The notes beneath the pieces are model-generated. The model saw only the letters and a list, made by a program, of their open reading frames with translations, was not told where the DNA came from and ran no database searches. From positions 1 to 64,000 of the IMG/VR virus record IMGVR_UViG_3300032247_002042: a stretch of DNA of 64,000 bases, one strand, 5' to 3'. The position numbers and the translations under genes are program-made. Shown here piece by piece: positions 34,724 through 44,799 of the stretch. How positions within the stretch are numbered: the first letter of the stretch is position 1; each line of letters opens with the position of its first letter. The DNA comes from a virus. Its lineage: Duplodnaviria; Caudoviricetes.

Positions 34724-35275
34724 TTAAGCCAGCAGTCCGCTGGCACGGGAGACTTGGCGCTTTGCCTCGTCATCAATGTCAAGTTTGACGACTTCGGCGG
34801 AAAGGCCCATCTGGCGGATGCGTTCAATCACCCGTCCAAACTCGCCACCGGCTAACCATACACTATCATCGTGCAAGGCGTCAAGGAAGTCGATTTCAAA
34901 TTCCAGCGTCTTGTACACGACGACGCCAATGGTCGCGTTACGGGTCACGTCACGTGCATGGATAACCCACGTGCCCTCGTGATCAGGCTCGACCCACGCG
35001 TTCATTTCGTATCCCTCTGCCATGAGGGAATCAAAAATCTGACGGGCAACATACGTTTGCTGGTAACGCGTCTTTGCCTCATCCATTTTGCTTGGCTCGT
35101 CATTATAGGACGAAAGCATCAGCCCGCCAGAGCGACCAGCGCGAATGGAAAAGCCAAGAGGAAGAGACAGCCCAAGTCTCTCAATCATGTGTTCCCACAT
35201 CTGGGCTGTCTGGGCAACTTGTTCGGAAGTTGCATCCTTGATTGCCGTTTCGACGAGAATGTCATGGCAAGGCAT
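34724..35275 (-). CDS. Hypothetical protein, possibly DUF1257/Ycf35-like
   Basis: SD AAAGGA; ETAIKD...QQTYVARQIFDSLMAEGYEM pattern. Confidence 0.5.
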   Translation of the reverse strand: MPCHDILVETAIKDATSEQVAQTAQMWEHMIERLGLSLPLGFSIRAGRSGGLMLSSYNDEPSKMDEAKTRYQQTYVARQIFDSLMAEGYEMNAWVEPDHEGTWVIHARDVTRNATIGVVVYKTLEFEIDFLDALHDDSVWLAGGEFGRVIERIRQMGLSAEVVKLDIDDEAKRQVSRASGLLA

Positions 35276-35340
35276 AAGCGTAGTTCCTTTCATCAGCCAG
35301 CGTTGTGCTGACACAGGTATATCATGCCCTGTATCGTCTG

Positions 35341-35907
35341 TCAAGTGGTTTCGGAAGAATTCCTCAAAACTGTCCGGATATCCTGTCCGTCAATTTCATT
35401 GCCTATCGTCAGCCAACCGGGTCGGAGCTTTCGTGCAAAGAGTTCTGCCCGAGAAACATCACCAAAAAGACGTTCGGCGCGAAGGAAGAATTCCTCTGGT
35501 TTTTCCGAATGTCGTCCCACAGGAGCATTGATCCAGCGACGCACATCGGCATGCGCTCGAGACAGACCGGTTCCCTTGGAGAGAAGCCAGCATTGCTCGG
35601 GATTCGCGCGAGTATAATAACCACCCCCCATGTGCAATGCTCCGGAGGGTTTTGTTTTTGTCCAATAGAACCCCACGGTTTTGAATTTCAATCCCCATGC
35701 ATCAACCACGCTCATGCACTGATCGAGCATAGGGTCAATCACCCAGAGAAGCACCACGGCGTTAGTGTCGAGAAAGTCGCGGATTGGCAATGTCCGCAAT
35801 TCCTCAATGGTCATGCGGTCGTATTTGGGCGACCGATCTTCGCCTTTTGGAGAACGCGCGGACCAAAGCCAAGGCGGGTCTATTGCAACCAGTTGTGGTT
35901 TTGTCAT
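35341..35907 (-). CDS. MT-A70 family adenine methyltransferase
   Basis: IDPPW, LLWV, WGLKFKT.GFYWTK, YYTRANPE, HSEKP, ELFAR, GW..GNE. Confidence 0.92.
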   Translation of the reverse strand: MTKPQLVAIDPPWLWSARSPKGEDRSPKYDRMTIEELRTLPIRDFLDTNAVVLLWVIDPMLDQCMSVVDAWGLKFKTVGFYWTKTKPSGALHMGGGYYTRANPEQCWLLSKGTGLSRAHADVRRWINAPVGRHSEKPEEFFLRAERLFGDVSRAELFARKLRPGWLTIGNEIDGQDIRTVLRNSSETT

Positions 35908-36473
35908 CTCCGCAAAAGTGCCCACACCAAGGGGATGACGAAGAATGTCAGGCAAATCGCTGGGGGAGTTGGTGTCGGAGATACCTGATAGGGAGAGACT
36001 GGCGTGGGGGTCATCATGATCGCTGTTTGTGCGACCGGAACCTCTGTTGCCTTGACCGACACGGGAATGGCTTGTTGCTGACGGTCAGCGCGAAGTTGAT
36101 CGGCATTGGCAAGGATCGGCCCAACATACCGACGCATTTCGTACTCAGGTACCCTTCCACCAAAGCCCATGACCGTTGGCGATCCCATGTGATATGCAGC
36201 CAAGGCCAATTTGTAACTGTCGTCAAAAAGGTCAAGGTAGGATCGCACTAACTTAGCGGAATACTCGAGCGACGCAATCGGATCGCGAGGGTTCACGCCC
36301 GGATGAAAGTTCGGCATGATCTGGGCTATGCCAACTGCCCCGGCCCCACTGACCGCCATTGGGTTCCAATGACTCTCGGTGGTGATCATTGCGATAAAGA
36401 TGTCGCCATCGATGTTGTTATTCTGCGCTGCGGTGCGAGCCACCTGCTGATAGAAGAGTGTCCATTTGTCCAT
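35904..36473 (-). CDS. Lytic transglycosylase (SLT) with Pro/Thr linker and C-terminal TM anchor
   Basis: TESHWNP.AVS.AGAVGIAQIMP, ALAAYHMG; tail TPTPPAICLTFFVIPLVWALLRR. Confidence 0.88.
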   Translation of the reverse strand: MDKWTLFYQQVARTAAQNNNIDGDIFIAMITTESHWNPMAVSGAGAVGIAQIMPNFHPGVNPRDPIASLEYSAKLVRSYLDLFDDSYKLALAAYHMGSPTVMGFGGRVPEYEMRRYVGPILANADQLRADRQQQAIPVSVKATEVPVAQTAIMMTPTPVSPYQVSPTPTPPAICLTFFVIPLVWALLRR

Positions 36474-36503
36474 TGTTTGCCTCCCAAAAAATATGCATGT
36501 TGC

Positions 36504-37031
36504 TCATATTCCGTGAACAACATGCTGCATGTCTCGATTTCCGAGATGCTTGATCCCGTTGATCGATTCCTGCAAATCGCGCTGAATCAACTTTAGTTTT
36601 TCCACCGTAGCGGAAAGTCGATTCAGTTTTCGTCGTGGCTCATCGCCGGGAGAGACGCTCAGGGACCGTACCACAGCCGGATACAGTTTGGCAAGAGCAT
36701 CAAGGTTGCTCGTTGCCAACTCTCCAGCCGCCTTGGCTGCTTCGCTAGTCAACTTGTACTCGCTTCTAGAACCAAGCATCAGCATGATTTGCGAGGACAG
36801 TTCGTCACTTTGTGTCTGGAACTCGCTACGAAGTTCCAATGCATCAGCATACAACATGCCGATTCTGTGATTCAATGTCACCAATTTCCAAATGAAATCA
36901 TGAGATTGAATAACATCCCGAAGATCAAGCCTGCTAAATTCGTAAAGCAAGGTACTTGCTTCCGAAATTGCCGGACTAATTTCTTTCTGAAACCACTGAA
37001 CTACCGGATCAGTTTCAGAATCCTGATTCAT
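36504..37031 (-). CDS. Helical hypothetical protein, 175 aa
   Basis: ORF with SD AAGGA. Confidence 0.7.
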   Translation of the reverse strand: MNQDSETDPVVQWFQKEISPAISEASTLLYEFSRLDLRDVIQSHDFIWKLVTLNHRIGMLYADALELRSEFQTQSDELSSQIMLMLGSRSEYKLTSEAAKAAGELATSNLDALAKLYPAVVRSLSVSPGDEPRRKLNRLSATVEKLKLIQRDLQESINGIKHLGNRDMQHVVHGI

Positions 37032-37093
37032 ACTAGTAATCCTTACGGTTTATATAAGAAACAAATCCGGTAAAGAATCTCTACCTGATTTAT

Positions 37094-37672
37094 TTATTTA
37101 TGTAGATTACGGTTTATATATTCCGAATCTACCGGTAAGAGTACAACGGAAGGAGAAAATACGCCTTTCTTTTTGGCGTAATCCAAAGCAAACTCCACGT
37201 TTGAGCGGAGCAAAACCGAAACAATGCTGTCGGTCATCGCCAACTCTACCAGACGCTGACCGGCATTGTCAACAGTGGTTGACTCTGCACATGAGTGTTC
37301 GGCATTCCAGTCTCCGAAAATGCCCAAGGAAATCCAGTCTTTTTTTCCGGGGGTTTCTTCTCCATGCAATGCTTTATGATGATTTTTTTGAAAAAAATCG
37401 CCGCAAAGATATATATGGTTGGTGTACTCATCAATCAACCCGACAGATTGAGAGCGAGGTACAATATGATGAAGATCGAGGGGTCGATCATGACTGCCAA
37501 TGACAACACAATGCGGATGAGCGCATTTGCGGTATCGACCTTGCTCACTTTCTTCGCGAGTAGATGAAACAGCAATCTTGAGAAGTTTCCGAAGCCGTTC
37601 CGGGTCACGATGGACCCGGAACTGTCGGGAAATCTGTTCTGCCTTGCTGTATTGACGGAGTGTTTCACCCAT
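37094..37672 (-). CDS. HNH endonuclease
   Basis: CAHPHC, LDLHHIVPRS, NHIYLCG..HHKALH. Confidence 0.8.
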   Translation of the reverse strand: MGETLRQYSKAEQISRQFRVHRDPERLRKLLKIAVSSTREESEQGRYRKCAHPHCVVIGSHDRPLDLHHIVPRSQSVGLIDEYTNHIYLCGDFFQKNHHKALHGEETPGKKDWISLGIFGDWNAEHSCAESTTVDNAGQRLVELAMTDSIVSVLLRSNVEFALDYAKKKGVFSPSVVLLPVDSEYINRNLHK

Positions 37673-38402
37673 TAGCCAATTCGGATTTCAACGCACCGAT
37701 CTGATTGATCCATCCTTCAACAGATGTCTCATTGGCGTTGAGACCTGCAATGATCCGCACCACCGCCTCTGCGTGATCAATGTAATTGATCTCACGAACA
37801 GCATCAAGTAACGCTTGATATTTTGGCGCATCGTCGGCTGAAATGCCAAATTCTGCAAAAGGATCGGTGGAGCCAAGGCACTTGCACTGCTCACACGAAC
37901 CGCAATGTTCGTCATAATCGGCACAAAATTGAATGGGATTCATATAGACGTTGTCAACTTGCTCCTTGGTTTTCAATTCACCCCCCCAATATCCCCAGTC
38001 CATTGGATGTCCAAGTTTGACTTCAAAATGAAGGTGAGCAAATTGTTGGCCTCCGGATTTGCCGCATTTGCCAATTTCGTCTCCGCGTTTTACAGCAACA
38101 CCGATGTCGCTTTGTCCGTAGATGAAACTGTCTGCATGCGCATAATGAACCCATTTGCCTTCATGAGGACCGGCAGATACTTCCCACCATTGATGATTGC
38201 CAAAACCTCTGCCCGAGAATACGCTTGCACGTAGCACCATTGGGCAAACTGCAATTAACGGGGAACCTAAATCGGCATCACCTCCTCCTCCGCAGTTAAA
38301 ATCGACACCGGCATGTACAGAATTGGTGTAAGTACTCCAATCTCCATACTCCCATCCCCCCATGGTTGGATTATGCTGTGTAGCGTCACGAAGCGGGAAC
38401 AT
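37665..38402 (-). CDS. M23 peptidase, probable endolysin
   Basis: HAGVD, YAH, IGKCGKSG, HLHFEV; SD AGGAGG; near the holin. Confidence 0.88.
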   Translation of the reverse strand: MFPLRDATQHNPTMGGWEYGDWSTYTNSVHAGVDFNCGGGGDADLGSPLIAVCPMVLRASVFSGRGFGNHQWWEVSAGPHEGKWVHYAHADSFIYGQSDIGVAVKRGDEIGKCGKSGGQQFAHLHFEVKLGHPMDWGYWGGELKTKEQVDNVYMNPIQFCADYDEHCGSCEQCKCLGSTDPFAEFGISADDAPKYQALLDAVREINYIDHAEAVVRIIAGLNANETSVEGWINQIGALKSELANG

Positions 38403-38598
38403 TGGTTTCCTCCTGTGATGACTGAGTCTTCTTGACATCTTCCACTTGCTGTTTCAATGCTCCAATTTCATTGATCCATGCCTCGATGGATGTTTCATTG
38501 GCGTTCAATCCCGCAATAAGACGAATGACAGACTCTGCGTGGTCAATGAAATTTAATTCCTTGACTGCAGCGATCAAGGATTTTTCTGCATCACTCAT
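38386..38598 (-). CDS. Stand-alone paralog of the endolysin C-terminal domain, 70 aa
   Basis: 30/39 aa identical to the M23 C-terminus; SD AAGGAG and own extended -10 (TGGTACACT, 38624-38632). Confidence 0.85.
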   Translation of the reverse strand: MSDAEKSLIAAVKELNFIDHAESVIRLIAGLNANETSIEAWINEIGALKQQVEDVKKTQSSQEETNVPAS

Positions 38599-38662
38599 TG
38601 TTTTCTCCTTAATGTAATGATCAAGTGTACCAGCGAAAATTCTTGCAAATACCCTTTTACTA

Positions 38663-38866
38663 CTACCGTTTAATCTTGTTGTTTCTTAGCAGCCACTTTT
38701 GAAATTCAAACCGATTTTTCATGCTCTCATCAGTGTTAAACACATTGTGTGCCTCTTCATGTATCTTGTTTTTTGTCCAGATTGACTTGAGCGTTTCAAG
38801 TCGCTCGATATCATCCTCAGTTAATTCATTGACAGATAGGTCTCGAGGGGGGCGGACTGGATTCAT
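38663..38866 (-). CDS. Hypothetical protein, 67 aa
   Basis: ATGA-coupled to the holin. Confidence 0.6.
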   Translation of the reverse strand: MNPVRPPRDLSVNELTEDDIERLETLKSIWTKNKIHEEAHNVFNTDESMKNRFEFQKWLLRNNKIKR

Positions 38867-39285
38867 GCAATTTTCCTTTTTGTGGTGTGTTTAAGGTCAT
38901 GGACACAAGATTCTATCAAAACCCGAGCGGCCACAGAAGTAAAAAACTTGATGCTGTTTGCTTTGGAATATTCTTCAAGTACAGAATTGGCATAATCATA
39001 TTTAACAGTATTGTCGCCTTTGTTGATAGTTTGCTCTGCGGTTTCAACGGCCATCTTGGCTATAAATGATAAATTATGCCATTCTGTGGCGGCTCGTTCA
39101 GAAACAAGTTTGTTCTGATATGCACGCAACAAAAAGGGCACAAAAAATGCCACAGAACAAATTGCAAATGTTAAGGAAATATTAAGAACATCTTCAATAA
39201 TAAATGAAATTAATTGCTGCTGTTCGGGAGAAAGAATGCCGAGTGTTGAGCCGCCTTGCACAAGGAGTGTAAGTGCTTTAATCAT
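38863..39285 (-). CDS. Holin, LL-H family-like
   Basis: TM helix then AKMAVETAEQ..GD..KYDYA...LIESCV. Confidence 0.7.
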   Translation of the reverse strand: MIKALTLLVQGGSTLGILSPEQQQLISFIIEDVLNISLTFAICSVAFFVPFLLRAYQNKLVSERAATEWHNLSFIAKMAVETAEQTINKGDNTVKYDYANSVLEEYSKANSIKFFTSVAARVLIESCVHDLKHTTKRKIA

Positions 39286-39410
39286 GAGTATGCCTCCCTT
39301 GATACTTACAGTATCTCATTTGACTAAAACGACCAAAATGCTTGAATTTGTTACAAAAAAAGAAGCACGGGATTTCCCGTGCTTCGTGAGTAACGTGTCG
39401 GCAAAAAAAA

Positions 39411-39776
39411 TTACGGTGTGTTTGCCTCAGCCTGCTTGGCGTTGACTGCCTCAAGCGAGATGTAATACTTGCCCCACTTCTGTGATGCAGGAAATTCTTC
39501 CTCGATGGCTTTCTGGTCATCGACTGCTTTGCGAAGTCGGTCGGTTGCCGCATTCAATCGCTGGTCATTGTTTCGCTTGCTTGCAAGGCGGACTTCAGCT
39601 TGCGCCCGAATCTTTTCCCGCTCAGCATCGGCCCACAATTCTCCGCCGTACTTGCCATCAGCCAACGTATCCACGAACTGATCGTAATCCATCGATTCGC
39701 TTGTTCCTTCCATTGGCATGTCGGGTTCGTTCTCGACCTTGAAATCTGCGTCTACCACGTTATTGCTCATTGCCAC
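39411..39776 (-). CDS. Hypothetical protein, ~120 aa
   Basis: SD AAGGAG; extended -10 TATGCTACACT near 39821-39831. Confidence 0.7.
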   Translation of the reverse strand: MAMSNNVVDADFKVENEPDMPMEGTSESMDYDQFVDTLADGKYGGELWADAEREKIRAQAEVRLASKRNNDQRLNAATDRLRKAVDDQKAIEEEFPASQKWGKYYISLEAVNAKQAEANTP

Positions 39777-39920
39777 TTTTTTTGCTCTCCTTTGTTGTGC
39801 GGGTTTCCGCCTTGATACCTAGTGTAGCATAGTATCGTCTACGGTCAGTCAATTCAAAGAATACTTGTCGTTTTTTTGTATTGCACGTATTTGCAGAAAA
39901 TTTACAATAAATAATTTTTA

Positions 39921-40643
39921 CTAATTGTGATAGGTGTATTGAAAATTAGTTGTTGGTTGTGCGTTTTCGTATTCGGTATATACATAAACTTTTAATTTTA
40001 ATGTTCCATTAAACGGCAAAAATAATGAACATTGCGCATATACTGTGGGACTGTCACTGCTACCTACACTAAAACTCCAACCGCCTAGTAATTTGTCTAC
40101 ATTAGATGTTTCAGCAGAATTGACTTTTATGTCATACCCACCATAATATTGTTTTGATGCACTTTGATTATTGCTTCTGGTTACGTTGCATTCAACGGTT
40201 CTTAGTACTCCGGGACCAGTTATGGTAATGGTAGTTTGTGCTAGTCCCGAATTTGGCCATCCAATTGATTGTGAAAATGTTCCAACTTTAATTGGTCTAG
40301 AAATAGTTGTAAATCCACTTAACGTAGAAGCGGTGGTCATTCCCCAACTGTATCCTGTTCCATTTACAGCCAAAGTTGAATTGTAAGGCATGCACCAAAG
40401 TTGTCCGCCTCCTGCAGCAATGCTAGAATTTGGACTGGTACCCCCGGCTCCCGCTCCATCCGTTCCGCCTTTTGTTGCCGAATCTATAACAATGGATGAA
40501 ATTGTGCTTGATGTTCCTATAAGAATTCCCGGACCTGTTTTTGTATGATTCACTCCGGCTTCATACCAAGGAGTTCCATTTAATGTGCCATCACTTTTTA
40601 CAATTGATTGACCTGAAACGCTTTTGCTAGGAACATACGTCAT
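39921..40643 (-). CDS. Ser/Thr/Gly-rich virion (fibre-associated) protein, 240 aa
   Basis: Composition and position after the tail fibre gene. Confidence 0.65.
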   Translation of the reverse strand: MTYVPSKSVSGQSIVKSDGTLNGTPWYEAGVNHTKTGPGILIGTSSTISSIVIDSATKGGTDGAGAGGTSPNSSIAAGGGQLWCMPYNSTLAVNGTGYSWGMTTASTLSGFTTISRPIKVGTFSQSIGWPNSGLAQTTITITGPGVLRTVECNVTRSNNQSASKQYYGGYDIKVNSAETSNVDKLLGGWSFSVGSSDSPTVYAQCSLFLPFNGTLKLKVYVYTEYENAQPTTNFQYTYHN

Positions 40644-40670
40644 TTTATTTTCCTTTTAAAAAAAATATTA

Positions 40671-43600
40671 TTATAATACAAACCAGTTAGTTCCGTTTGA
40701 AACTACGGTATAACAATCATATTGAGATAGCGATATTGACGCAGCGCCATCGATAGTTTTTGATGATCCTGAACTTGTCAATGCAATTGCTGAGGCAGAA
40801 GTATTTTTCACCCAATAGATTCGTCCCGAACATGTTGTGGGGTCAGGAAGTGCATAAGCGGACGAAGTAAGAATGATTGAGGCGTCTGTGCCGGAAGTTG
40901 CTGTAGTAACTGCAAATGTACCGTTAATATGAAACGTGGCTTTTGGAGTGCCCGTTGCAATGCCAACGTTTCCGGCATTTTCAATAGTAATTCTATTAAT
41001 TGCCTGCGAATATGCATCATTGACTGTTTCAAAAAGAAAAGCACCACCGCTATTTGCACCAAATCGCCAATATTTTAAATCGGTTCCGGCTGAAGTTGCC
41101 ATAGTTTGAAAATATGGATTTGTTGTATCTTTAACTTGAAATCCTAATGATCCATAAGCCGTGCATATAGCCCCTGCCGCTGTTCCACCTATTCCAATTT
41201 GACCACTAGAATTGATCTGCATTCGTTCCGTTGAAGACGAACCAGTATGAAATCGCAAATCTGATGCTGAACTAGTAATTCTTGCGTTTTCAGTACCATC
41301 TTTCTTTTGAAAGAAAACATATTGTGCCCCATCTGCTGTCAATGCAAGTCCTGCATATCCATTGGATGCAGCCGCTTTTGCTTGAACTATTGCATTTGAT
41401 GCTGATGTAGTACTTGAATTTTCAAATATACTCATAAGATTGCCGCCAGAATTAGCGCGATATACGTGCAATTCGGTAGGAGTAGCAGTCCCAATGCCGA
41501 CGTTGCCAGCAGAGGTAATAATTAATCTTTCAGTTGCATTGGTACGTAAAGAAATAGAAGTGTTTGCATATAAATATAAAATACCACCAGAAATTACATT
41601 ATCTACATCACCTAAATACATATGCCCACTGGCTGCCAACATAGCCATTCGACGCCCTGTTCCGCCCGAATCGCTCCAATACATTGCATTATTGTTGGAT
41701 AGTCGTATATCGCCAGATATATCCAATTTGTATCCCGGACTACTGACTCCAAGTCCGAGCCTTCCCGTAGACCCTTGGAAAAATGCTATTGCTGTGCTTT
41801 TTCCGTTATATACAATAGTGTCTCTAAAATATGTTGTTCCACCATTATATCCATAATAATTCAATCCAATTGATCCAGCATCCCCTGCCACTCGATATTC
41901 CCACAAAGTAGCATTTTGTATTGCCAAGCCTTGGTTGTTCCCGCCAGTAAATCGCGCTTCAATGTCGGATGTGTTTGGTGCAACAACGTGCAAAGTGCTA
42001 GTAGGACCACTGGTACCAATGCCAACTTTTCCACTGGTGTCAATTTGAAATTTTTCAGCACCTGACTTGAGAATGGAAACGAGTGGTCCAGCGCCATTTT
42101 GATTGACGTACAACACTGCATTGGCGGTGGTAGCGCTAATGTGCGTAAAATCATTTGGTTGCAACCAGACGCCATCGGTCGACAAGGAACCATAAGCAGA
42201 TTTTCCAATGCCGACGTTGCCAGCAGCAGTAAGTCGTAACCGTTCGGTACCAGAGGACACATTAATAGAGGCACCTGTATATATTTGCAAGTCACCTGCA
42301 CTGGCTCTTATATACGGATTTCCGCTTGTACTTGTCTCAAACCATAATGCCCCAGAGACGGTTGCTGCATCGGATCGACGTTCAATAAATATTCCACCGT
42401 ATCCGCTTGACTTGACATGCAGTTCCGCAACCGGACTAGTGGCCCCAATGCCGACGTAGCCAGCAAAATACGCAGAATAATTATTATTTGCTCCTGATGA
42501 AACGCCAACCCATAATGCATATGAATTGAGAGCATTTGTTGTTGATGAATTAATTTTTAATCCATATGTATTGCTAAGTACCAAATTTCCTACAGTTCCA
42601 GATTTTGTAGGAACACCGTTTATTTCAAGACTGGAGGCATTAGACAAACTTGTTCCTGAAGAAGATGCAGAAATAGTTATGACATCAATTTTTTGAGACG
42701 AAATTGTTTGTGCCCACAATCCAGTTGTTGATAACGTAACATTTGTTGCGCCAAGATAAAGGTTTTCAACATATGAATTAATTACAGAATGAGTGGAATT
42801 TCCTGAAGATGAATTGAAAGTATTTAACGCTGACCAAGAATTTGGAAGTCCGGTATTGGTTCCAGCAAGAATCCACGAAACTGAAGTTACAGTAATTCCT
42901 GATCCGGAACTTGGTGAAGCATTTGCGCTTAAACTTAATGTTCCAGTCCCAACTCCAAGACTGGTGCCTAATCCGCTAATTGTTGTTCCTGCAGGAATGT
43001 TTGTGCCAGTAATGTATTGTCCAACTTGAAATGTTCCATTTGGAACAGATGTCAGGGTAATGGTTGACGATCCGTTTGTAATGGTGGCCTGAGCCGTGAC
43101 GGTGGTGGCAACTCGCACAAATCCGCCGGTGTCCAATACAAAGTCACCGGCGGAATACGTTCCTCCTGTCGGAATGCTGTTGTCAACCGATCCAAGATAT
43201 CGACCAGACAGCACGTTCGTGCCCCATGCAGTCGATCCGCCAGTAGCGGAAAATCCGGTGCCAGTAATTAATCCGGAAACTGTCAATGGTTTGGCCATTG
43301 TAATCAAAGACGATCCGAAGAAAGCCGCATTGCCTCCAGCGGACGAAACGCCCAAGCCGTTGCTGCCGTCATAATACAATCCGTATGCAGTTGCGGATTG
43401 GAATGCATAGGAAGGAGCAGACGCGCTTCCGGAAACTTCCTGCAATGTGTTGTTGGCCAGAATTGTTCCGGATGTTCCGGCCGATAAGGAAAGATTGGCA
43501 ATTGTGGTGCCGTCCGTGTTGCTTGCAGTAATGGATCCTGATCCAGATCCACCGCTATTGGATCCGCCGCTAATGACAAGTTTGACATTGTTGCTGCTAC

Positions 43601-44795
43601 CTGCGGTTACGCTTTGAGTAAATGTACTGTCTCCAGTGTTTACAGAAGAAATTTTATTTCGAATATCAAAATACGTATCGGAACTGGTGATGCCAGAGTA
43701 ATAAAATCCAAGAGGAATGCCATACACTCGTCCGTCAACAGTATTGAGAAGAACGGCATCGGTTGCATCACCGTTTCCTGCAATCCATAAGCGAGTGTCA
43801 TTTTCCACATTGAAATCGGTTCCGCTTGCCAGTGTGCTGCGATCAGCTCGAATAAATGTCTTGGACGGAGTAAACCATCCGTAAATTGTTCCGCTATTGG
43901 TTGTTTGACTTGAATTGATTTGATAGGTACCAACGCCTCCGGTTCCGGAATACCCTCCGCCGCCCACGGTAACTGTCGTTCCGACAGTTACTCCATTGCC
44001 GCTGATGGTCATTCCGTTTGCAATATATCCGGATGTAACTGCAGTAATGGTAAGTGTTGTTCCGTTGATAAATCCTGTAAATATGTTGCTAATCCTGCCT
44101 CCTTGTGCATAGACAAGCGGATTGGATGTATATGGACTGTTGGAAAGTTCAAATCCTTTTCCTGTTCCGTAGGTGGAAATGTTCACGCCGGAACTTTGAC
44201 GTATTCTCCAACGAACCTGAATTCTTCGGGTTGTCTCGGCACCAAATGTTGTATCTTTCAATTCATTGGTAAGCGGAGACGCATTTGTTCCGCCCGGAAC
44301 AATATCTTTTCCATATTTATAAACAGATGATAATTTTAATTCATTTGTTGAAGATGTTCCATCGTACGATTCGGAAACTCCTGTTGGAACAACTTCCTGA
44401 AACCACAATTCAAGCCATGAAAAAACGGCAGACGTAGAGCTGGTGCCGGAAAATCCCGAAAAAGGTATGACAATTGCCTGATTGTTTCCGATATTAGCGG
44501 GATCGGCAACTCGGGCAACTGTTCCAAAAAAATTGACACGAGAATCTGTGAGGGTTACATCTGTTCCCGAAAGAGTCATGGTTGAGGAATTTACAAATCC
44601 TGAAGTGAACAATGTTCTTGAAAGTTGCGAAACAGACTCTTGAAGAATTCGTTGCATTGTGTTCAAGTCAAAATCAAGAATTGATTTTGATTGTTGAAAA
44701 ACAACAGAATCCCATGCTTTACCCTGAACATCAATATACGAAACGCGACTGGTTCGTAAGGACGATGCCCCAAGATATGGATTGATAGGTCTCAT
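40671..44795 (-). CDS. Tail fibre protein, 1374 aa
   Basis: N-terminal VVFQQ.K.ILD.DLN.MQ attachment domain; multiple G(N/K)VGIGT..P...LHV repeats. Confidence 0.85.
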   Translation of the reverse strand: MRPINPYLGASSLRTSRVSYIDVQGKAWDSVVFQQSKSILDFDLNTMQRILQESVSQLSRTLFTSGFVNSSTMTLSGTDVTLTDSRVNFFGTVARVADPANIGNNQAIVIPFSGFSGTSSTSAVFSWLELWFQEVVPTGVSESYDGTSSTNELKLSSVYKYGKDIVPGGTNASPLTNELKDTTFGAETTRRIQVRWRIRQSSGVNISTYGTGKGFELSNSPYTSNPLVYAQGGRISNIFTGFINGTTLTITAVTSGYIANGMTISGNGVTVGTTVTVGGGGYSGTGGVGTYQINSSQTTNSGTIYGWFTPSKTFIRADRSTLASGTDFNVENDTRLWIAGNGDATDAVLLNTVDGRVYGIPLGFYYSGITSSDTYFDIRNKISSVNTGDSTFTQSVTAGSSNNVKLVISGGSNSGGSGSGSITASNTDGTTIANLSLSAGTSGTILANNTLQEVSGSASAPSYAFQSATAYGLYYDGSNGLGVSSAGGNAAFFGSSLITMAKPLTVSGLITGTGFSATGGSTAWGTNVLSGRYLGSVDNSIPTGGTYSAGDFVLDTGGFVRVATTVTAQATITNGSSTITLTSVPNGTFQVGQYITGTNIPAGTTISGLGTSLGVGTGTLSLSANASPSSGSGITVTSVSWILAGTNTGLPNSWSALNTFNSSSGNSTHSVINSYVENLYLGATNVTLSTTGLWAQTISSQKIDVITISASSSGTSLSNASSLEINGVPTKSGTVGNLVLSNTYGLKINSSTTNALNSYALWVGVSSGANNNYSAYFAGYVGIGATSPVAELHVKSSGYGGIFIERRSDAATVSGALWFETSTSGNPYIRASAGDLQIYTGASINVSSGTERLRLTAAGNVGIGKSAYGSLSTDGVWLQPNDFTHISATTANAVLYVNQNGAGPLVSILKSGAEKFQIDTSGKVGIGTSGPTSTLHVVAPNTSDIEARFTGGNNQGLAIQNATLWEYRVAGDAGSIGLNYYGYNGGTTYFRDTIVYNGKSTAIAFFQGSTGRLGLGVSSPGYKLDISGDIRLSNNNAMYWSDSGGTGRRMAMLAASGHMYLGDVDNVISGGILYLYANTSISLRTNATERLIITSAGNVGIGTATPTELHVYRANSGGNLMSIFENSSTTSASNAIVQAKAAASNGYAGLALTADGAQYVFFQKKDGTENARITSSASDLRFHTGSSSTERMQINSSGQIGIGGTAAGAICTAYGSLGFQVKDTTNPYFQTMATSAGTDLKYWRFGANSGGAFLFETVNDAYSQAINRITIENAGNVGIATGTPKATFHINGTFAVTTATSGTDASIILTSSAYALPDPTTCSGRIYWVKNTSASAIALTSSGSSKTIDGAASISLSQYDCYTVVSNGTNWFVL

Positions 44796-44799
44796 CGTT

